Shown piece by piece: positions 60,101 to 64,000 of a stretch of DNA of 64,000 nt (the first letter of the stretch is position 1; each line of letters begins with the position of its first letter). Origin of the DNA: Deltaproteobacteria bacterium (GTDB lineage Bacteria; Myxococcota; Kuafuiibacteriia; Kuafuiibacteriales; Kuafuiibacteriaceae); contig JAVJQW010000042.1 of assembly GCA_040218735.1 (NCBI GenBank), positions 192,001 through 256,000 on the forward strand. Reading direction: 5' to 3'. A model generated the notes under the pieces. It did not search any database, had not been told where the DNA came from, and saw nothing but the letters and a program-made list of their open reading frames with translations. The position numbers and the translations under genes were made by a program.

Positions 60101-63100
60101 CTTCACGAGCATCGGGTGCGGTCGCCCGGTCGGGAGCGCCGTGGCCTCGGGGCCGTCGAGGAGGGTGGTACTCGTGACGGTGAGGCCCGAGTCGGTCACG
60201 CCGTTGAGGCCGGCGATCTGACCGACGAGCGAGAAGTACACCGTGGTGCGGTTCGGCATCGGGCCGTCGGTGCGACGCCGAATCTGCGCGACGCGCGGGT
60301 GGACGCCGTCGAGGTGCAACAGCAGCGGGGAGTCTTCGTTGATGCAGTGGAGCATCGCGCCGTCGTTCTCGCGGGCGAGGCGCACGGTCTGCGTGCAGCC
60401 GCTCGTGAGCGACGGGAACAGCGCGGCGTCGAGGTTGTACGCGAGCAACACGAGCTCGTGCACGCCGGTCGCCTCCGCGACGCCGCGCAGCTCGTCGAGG
60501 CTGTCTTCGTCGAACACGCCGTAGAGGCGCTTCGTCGTCTCGGGGAGGGCGAGGAGCGCGAGGCCTTCGCGGCCGACGAACGTCTGGTAGCGATCGAGCA
60601 CCTCGAGGATCGGGTCACGCATCGCTTCGCCGTGCTGTCGCCCGATCTCGCGCGCGGTGCCGTCGAAGCGAAGCACCGTCACCGGGCGCGCGGTGTTCGC
60701 GGGGACGGTCGTACGCGGCGCGGGGATCTCGATACCGATGGCGTCGAGCGCTCCGACCGGCGCGGGTTTGGCGAGACCGGTGAACGCCGGCTTCGCGAGG
60801 CCAACGACGGCGTCGGCGTCGATCGGGATCGCCGGCGCCAGATCACGTTGGCGGAGATCGAGCGTCGGGACCTGCGTCCCCGCCGCCGAGCGTTCGTCCT
60901 CGTGCGCGGGCTTCGCGGGCGCGGGGCGGCTGGAGGGGGTGCCGTCCGAAGCCGGGATCGACTTCGCGGGGGCCCCCTCGGGCGGCGTGTTCGTCGGCGC
61001 GCTCGCGACGGTCGGCGCCTTCGGTGCGGCCGGCTTCTGCGTGCGCTTCTTGCTCAGGTCGACCATCGGCACCGCGACGGCGGGCTTCGCGGGGGCGGGC
61101 TCGGCGCGCTGCGTGGTGAGCTGCTTGTCGACGTACTCGAGCACGTGCCCGAGCGTCGGGAAGTCACGGAGCGAGAGCTTCTCGTCGGCGCGCAGGTCGT
61201 ACCTGTCGCGCACCTTGCCGAGCACTTGCGCCTGCTTGACCGTGTCGATGCCGAGGTCGGCTTCGAGGTCCGCGTCCATCTCGATGATGTCCGGCGGGTA
61301 GCCGGACTGCTCGCAGATCGCGTCGAGGAGGAACGCCTTCACTTCGTCGCGGCTCGGGAGATCCGACGCGACCGCGGGGGTCGGGAGCGGCTCGGCCGCG
61401 GGCGGCTCGGCGGCTGGGGGCTCGACTTCGGCCGTGGGGGCCTCGGCGCGTGGCGCCGCCGCCGCGGCCGGCTCGGCGCGCGGTGAAGACACCGCGGGCG
61501 CTTCGCTCACGGCCTCGGGCGTCGGCAGCTGCGAGTACCGCTTCTCCGTCGCCCACATGCTCTCGAGGAACGTGATGAGGCTCGGTCGCGTCTTCTCCCA
61601 GAACGCGTCGAAGCCGGGCTCCGACAGAAGACGCTCCGCCTCGGCTCCACTCAGTAGATCGATTCGGCTGCCGTCCCCCGCGTTCTCGGCGGCGCGTTCC
61701 AGCGTCGTGATCATCGCCGACACGCGCGCCAACGACCACGCGCCCGCGCGGTTCTTGTCGTCCACCGAGGTCACGTACGCACGGTCGCCCGCGATGCGTT
61801 TGGTCAGGCCCGTCAGCACGGCGCGAGGGCCGCACTCGACGAACGCGTCCACGCCGTCGTCGAGGAGCAGCTCGACCTGGCGCACGAAGCGCACCGGCTT
61901 GGTCAGCTGCGCGACGAGCGAGGCGCGGATCGTCTCGGGGTCCGACTCGAACTTCTGCGACACACTCGACAGGTAGGGCACCGACGGCGCCGCGAGCGGG
62001 ATCTTCGCGAGCCCCTCTGCGAGCGCGTCCGCGGCGGCGCCCATGTACGTGGAGTGGAACGGACCGGGCACGTCGAGCGCCACGTGTTCGAACGAAGCCG
62101 CGGCGAACGCGGTCGCCGCCTTCGCCATGCCGTCCAGCGTCCCCGCGACGACGATCTGATCCGGCGCGTTGACGTTCGCGACCTCGGCGCCTTCGACCGT
62201 CGCCAGGATCCGCTCGACGTCTTCGAGCGACGCCGTCACCGACGCCATCGACCCCTCGACCACGTTCCGCTCGATCGCGCGCGCGCGCATCGAGGTCGCC
62301 TCCAGCGCGTCCTCCAGCGACCACGCGCCCGCCGCGACCAGCGCGGCGTAGTCACCGAAGCTGTGCCCCGTGACGACGTCCGGCGCGAGCCCGAGGGTGC
62401 GCACCGCTTCGAACGCCATCACGTCGGCGGTGAGCACGAGCGCCTGCACCGCGAACAGCTCGAACGGCACCGGCGCTCCGTCGCGGAACACCGGCGACAA
62501 CCGCGCGCGGCGGTGTGCGTCGAGCCACTCGTCCACGCGCGTGACGATCGCGTCGACCTCCGGGAGCGCTGCGGCGAACGCACCCATCATCCCGGCGTAC
62601 TGCGAGCCCTGTCCGGAGAAGAGCATCGCGAGCTTCGGCCCGCGCGAACGACCGCGCGTCACGAACACGCCCTGCTTCTCGAGGAAGTCACGCGTCGCCG
62701 ACGTCAACCCGGCTTTCAACGCCGCGCCGATCGCACGCCGAAGATCCGCGTCGTCCGTCGCGGCGATCCCGAGCGTCACCGCGCCCTGCCCGACGTGTTC
62801 GGACCACGTCGCCGGGTCGATCGAACCGAGCCGCGCGAGGACCGCGTCCTCCGTGGCGTCGCTCAACGTGTGCACGTGCATCGTCTTCCTCTCGGGCTCG
62901 TCGCCCGCCGTACCGGGGTGCTCGACGATCGCGTGGTAGTTCACGCCCGCCAGCCCCATGCTCGAAACCGCAGCGACGCGCGCGCCCTCCCAGGGCGTGG
63001 CGTGGGCGTTCACGACGAGCGCGTCGCCGAAGTCGTGGTCCGGGTGCGGGGCCTCGAACCCGCGCGTCGGAGGGATGGTCTCCAGGTCGAGCGCCATCGC

Positions 63101-64000
63101 CGTCTTGATCATCGCGATGACCCCCGCCGCGCCCTGCGTGTGGCCGACGTTGCTCTTCACGCTGCCGAGCGTGACGGGGCGGTCGCGTTCGATGCCTTCG
63201 AGGTAGGTCGCGCGCACCGCGGCGACCTCGGTCGCGTCACCGAGCGGCGTCGCGCCACCGTGGCACTCGACGAACTGCACACGCGACGGATCGAAGTCCC
63301 CCTGCGCGATCGCACGCCGCATCGCGCGCGCGAGGCCCTTCGGGCTCGGCTTGTAGAGGCTCTTCTTCTCGCCGTCGCTCGACGAGCCGATGCCGCGCAC
63401 GATCGCGCGGATCGGATCGCCGTCGCGCTCGGCGTCTTCGAGGCGCTTGAGCACGCAGACGCCGGCGCCTTCGCCGGGGATGAAGCCGTCGGCGCGGTGG
63501 TCGAACGGTCGCGGCACGCTGCTGCGCGACAGCGAGTAGAACTGGCAGTACGCCTCGTAGCGCTGCACGCGCATCGCGCGGTCGCCGCCGCCGTGGATCG
63601 CGATGTCGACGACGCCGGATCGCAGCAGCTCACACGCCGCCTCCATCGAAGCGAGCGACGAAGCGCAGGCCGCGTCGAGCGCGTACGTCGGGCCCATGAA
63701 GTCGAGGGTCTTCGCGGTGCGGGAGGCGAGGGTGCTGGAGGAGAAGCTCCCGCTGGAGTCTTCGTTGATCGACGGGTAACGCTTCCGCAGCGCGACGAGG
63801 ATCTCTTCGATGAGCGCGTCGTCGCCGGTGCGGCCGAGGGCGTCGGCGGTGACGTCCGCGAGCTCCTGCGATCGAATCGCGAGGGCGAGGGCGAGGGCGT
63901 AGTCGCTCCCGAACACCGTGCCGACGGTGGTCGAGACGCGCTCGCGGTCGATCTTGGTGAGGTCGATCTTCGCGTCGTCGAACGCGTCGAGCGTCGACTC
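57125..64000 (-). CDS. Iterative type I PKS / PfaA-like synthase, 5'-truncated by the window: KS-AT-ACP-C45 Ntn-hydrolase-KR-DH
   Basis: Frame is open to the window edge; KS DAACASS, ECHG, KSNVGH; AT GQGSQ, GHSFG, PFHS; ACP LEADLGIDT; C45 GTAREIGRQHG..SGCT..NED..NG; KR TGGARGVT, GQTDYA; DH FLDQH..P, LLDGCLQ. Confidence 0.93.
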   Translation of the reverse strand, partial: ESTLDAFDDAKIDLTKIDRERVSTTVGTVFGSDYALALALAIRSQELADVTADALGRTGDDALIEEILVALRKRYPSINEDSSGSFSSSTLASRTAKTLDFMGPTYALDAACASSLASMEAACELLRSGVVDIAIHGGGDRAMRVQRYEAYCQFYSLSRSSVPRPFDHRADGFIPGEGAGVCVLKRLEDAERDGDPIRAIVRGIGSSSDGEKKSLYKPSPKGLARAMRRAIAQGDFDPSRVQFVECHGGATPLGDATEVAAVRATYLEGIERDRPVTLGSVKSNVGHTQGAAGVIAMIKTAMALDLETIPPTRGFEAPHPDHDFGDALVVNAHATPWEGARVAAVSSMGLAGVNYHAIVEHPGTAGDEPERKTMHVHTLSDATEDAVLARLGSIDPATWSEHVGQGAVTLGIAATDDADLRRAIGAALKAGLTSATRDFLEKQGVFVTRGRSRGPKLAMLFSGQGSQYAGMMGAFAAALPEVDAIVTRVDEWLDAHRRARLSPVFRDGAPVPFELFAVQALVLTADVMAFEAVRTLGLAPDVVTGHSFGDYAALVAAGAWSLEDALEATSMRARAIERNVVEGSMASVTASLEDVERILATVEGAEVANVNAPDQIVVAGTLDGMAKAATAFAAASFEHVALDVPGPFHSTYMGAAADALAEGLAKIPLAAPSVPYLSSVSQKFESDPETIRASLVAQLTKPVRFVRQVELLLDDGVDAFVECGPRAVLTGLTKRIAGDRAYVTSVDDKNRAGAWSLARVSAMITTLERAAENAGDGSRIDLLSGAEAERLLSEPGFDAFWEKTRPSLITFLESMWATEKRYSQLPTPEAVSEAPAVSSPRAEPAAAAAPRAEAPTAEVEPPAAEPPAAEPLPTPAVASDLPSRDEVKAFLLDAICEQSGYPPDIIEMDADLEADLGIDTVKQAQVLGKVRDRYDLRADEKLSLRDFPTLGHVLEYVDKQLTTQRAEPAPAKPAVAVPMVDLSKKRTQKPAAPKAPTVASAPTNTPPEGAPAKSIPASDGTPSSRPAPAKPAHEDERSAAGTQVPTLDLRQRDLAPAIPIDADAVVGLAKPAFTGLAKPAPVGALDAIGIEIPAPRTTVPANTARPVTVLRFDGTAREIGRQHGEAMRDPILEVLDRYQTFVGREGLALLALPETTKRLYGVFDEDSLDELRGVAEATGVHELVLLAYNLDAALFPSLTSGCTQTVRLARENDGAMLHCINEDSPLLLHLDGVHPRVAQIRRRTDGPMPNRTTVYFSLVGQIAGLNGVTDSGLTVTSTTLLDGPEATALPTGRPHPMLVKQILEGASSIEQAVQMVESAHKAGRWSVLVSDADTDRAHYIEYDDDTIVAREEVGRELTSTNHSRLAPADGGEVPAHSALREKRACELVSEPGPMTVDRAKQLLRDRHDHGRGREVVHATMNTVRRVDNVMSLVVEPGSRRLHVTDRVLPPGSTEDVDFLTVEYGTRRTPSRIERVEDLTESGAGVVELTEVMRRQVVRVVDAPRRSASRTFTPKRLLLVGEGAHVQAIAAAMTARGSDVHVEADATRATRRLDTLGIDTVDAIGIVSTVEAKAAWAVDAATWSTRRARSLFAPFELLRAWAPHRKDGTVFGVTFLGGALGFDNAAQGTGDGGGLLGLLKSVRREFDGLSVQALDASPSESPSQVAEALIAELDAPGGPLEVGLLRGKRLVLKMAERRAEPAASPDRLPATWIVTGGARGVTAKMAIRLAELYQPRLVLLGRHPLPEEATLAQWRALDDAGLDKLKQDILQAMKSEGGFSPIAWKQRCESIDKSLEIDATLRQIAERGSSVVYYAVDIADREALAAVLTKTRVRGPIEGVLHGAGVEVAKPFDKKTDALFERTLGGKVDGLVHLLALTKDDPLTHVVGFSSVSGRFGGHGQTDYAIANEAEARLLSAYRATHDVHVTAIAWAAFSEVGLAARSSAKAFLEKAGQAFMTPAEGANHLVRELWAGLPESEITICERLDALDMDRLLVAESDRPKWLERARRAAASPMIDHLVTADADGATIERTLDATEPFLDQHRMGATPIVPAVVSLELMSELSNLDPGEHWSLADVQIERPLKVDEDGAVTVLARREGDALSIASTVRKQDGVVLEPARVFVRGRRVPSQAPVASLDVAAEGETIVYPYPKSIDRTPGSRMIFHGPVFRCLEGVSAGDGGGVAQLIVPAPTSLVPGSDAGRWQLPAALLDGCLQAVGMLGRILHGVVALPAGFGRVDVSKRVLEAAGERVRLAVRFVEVTDDALVADFEVMSAHGPLVAVRRYRAQVVPTT

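Overview
GC-rich (roughly 70% by eye) bacterial DNA with a typical myxobacterial (Myxococcota) gene repertoire: eukaryote-like Ser/Thr kinases, FHA/TPR membrane proteins, a sigma54-type activator and Cys-rich lipoproteins. Housekeeping content includes panE, ftsX-envC-ctpA, pdxA, tRNA-Ile2(CAT), a TPP-riboswitch-led thiE-O-S-G-C operon, rnpB, transaldolase, a lone nuoL and bcp. Two regions stand out. (1) A lower-GC island of about 4.1 kb (5462-9569) is bounded by an exact 20-bp direct repeat. It carries a translationally coupled ABC-ATPase / TOPRIM-like nuclease / DUF262 operon, a candidate PARIS/OLD-like anti-phage system with an extra subunit. (2) The right edge holds the 3' part of an iterative PfaA-like type I PKS (KS-AT-ACP-[C45 Ntn-hydrolase]-KR-DH). 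Its carrier domain has Thr (GIDT) at the phosphopantetheine site, and it is followed by a PPTase and a FabL-like trans-enoyl reductase. All calls come from motif recognition by eye; no database searches were run. Several start codons were re-assigned from the supplied ORF track.
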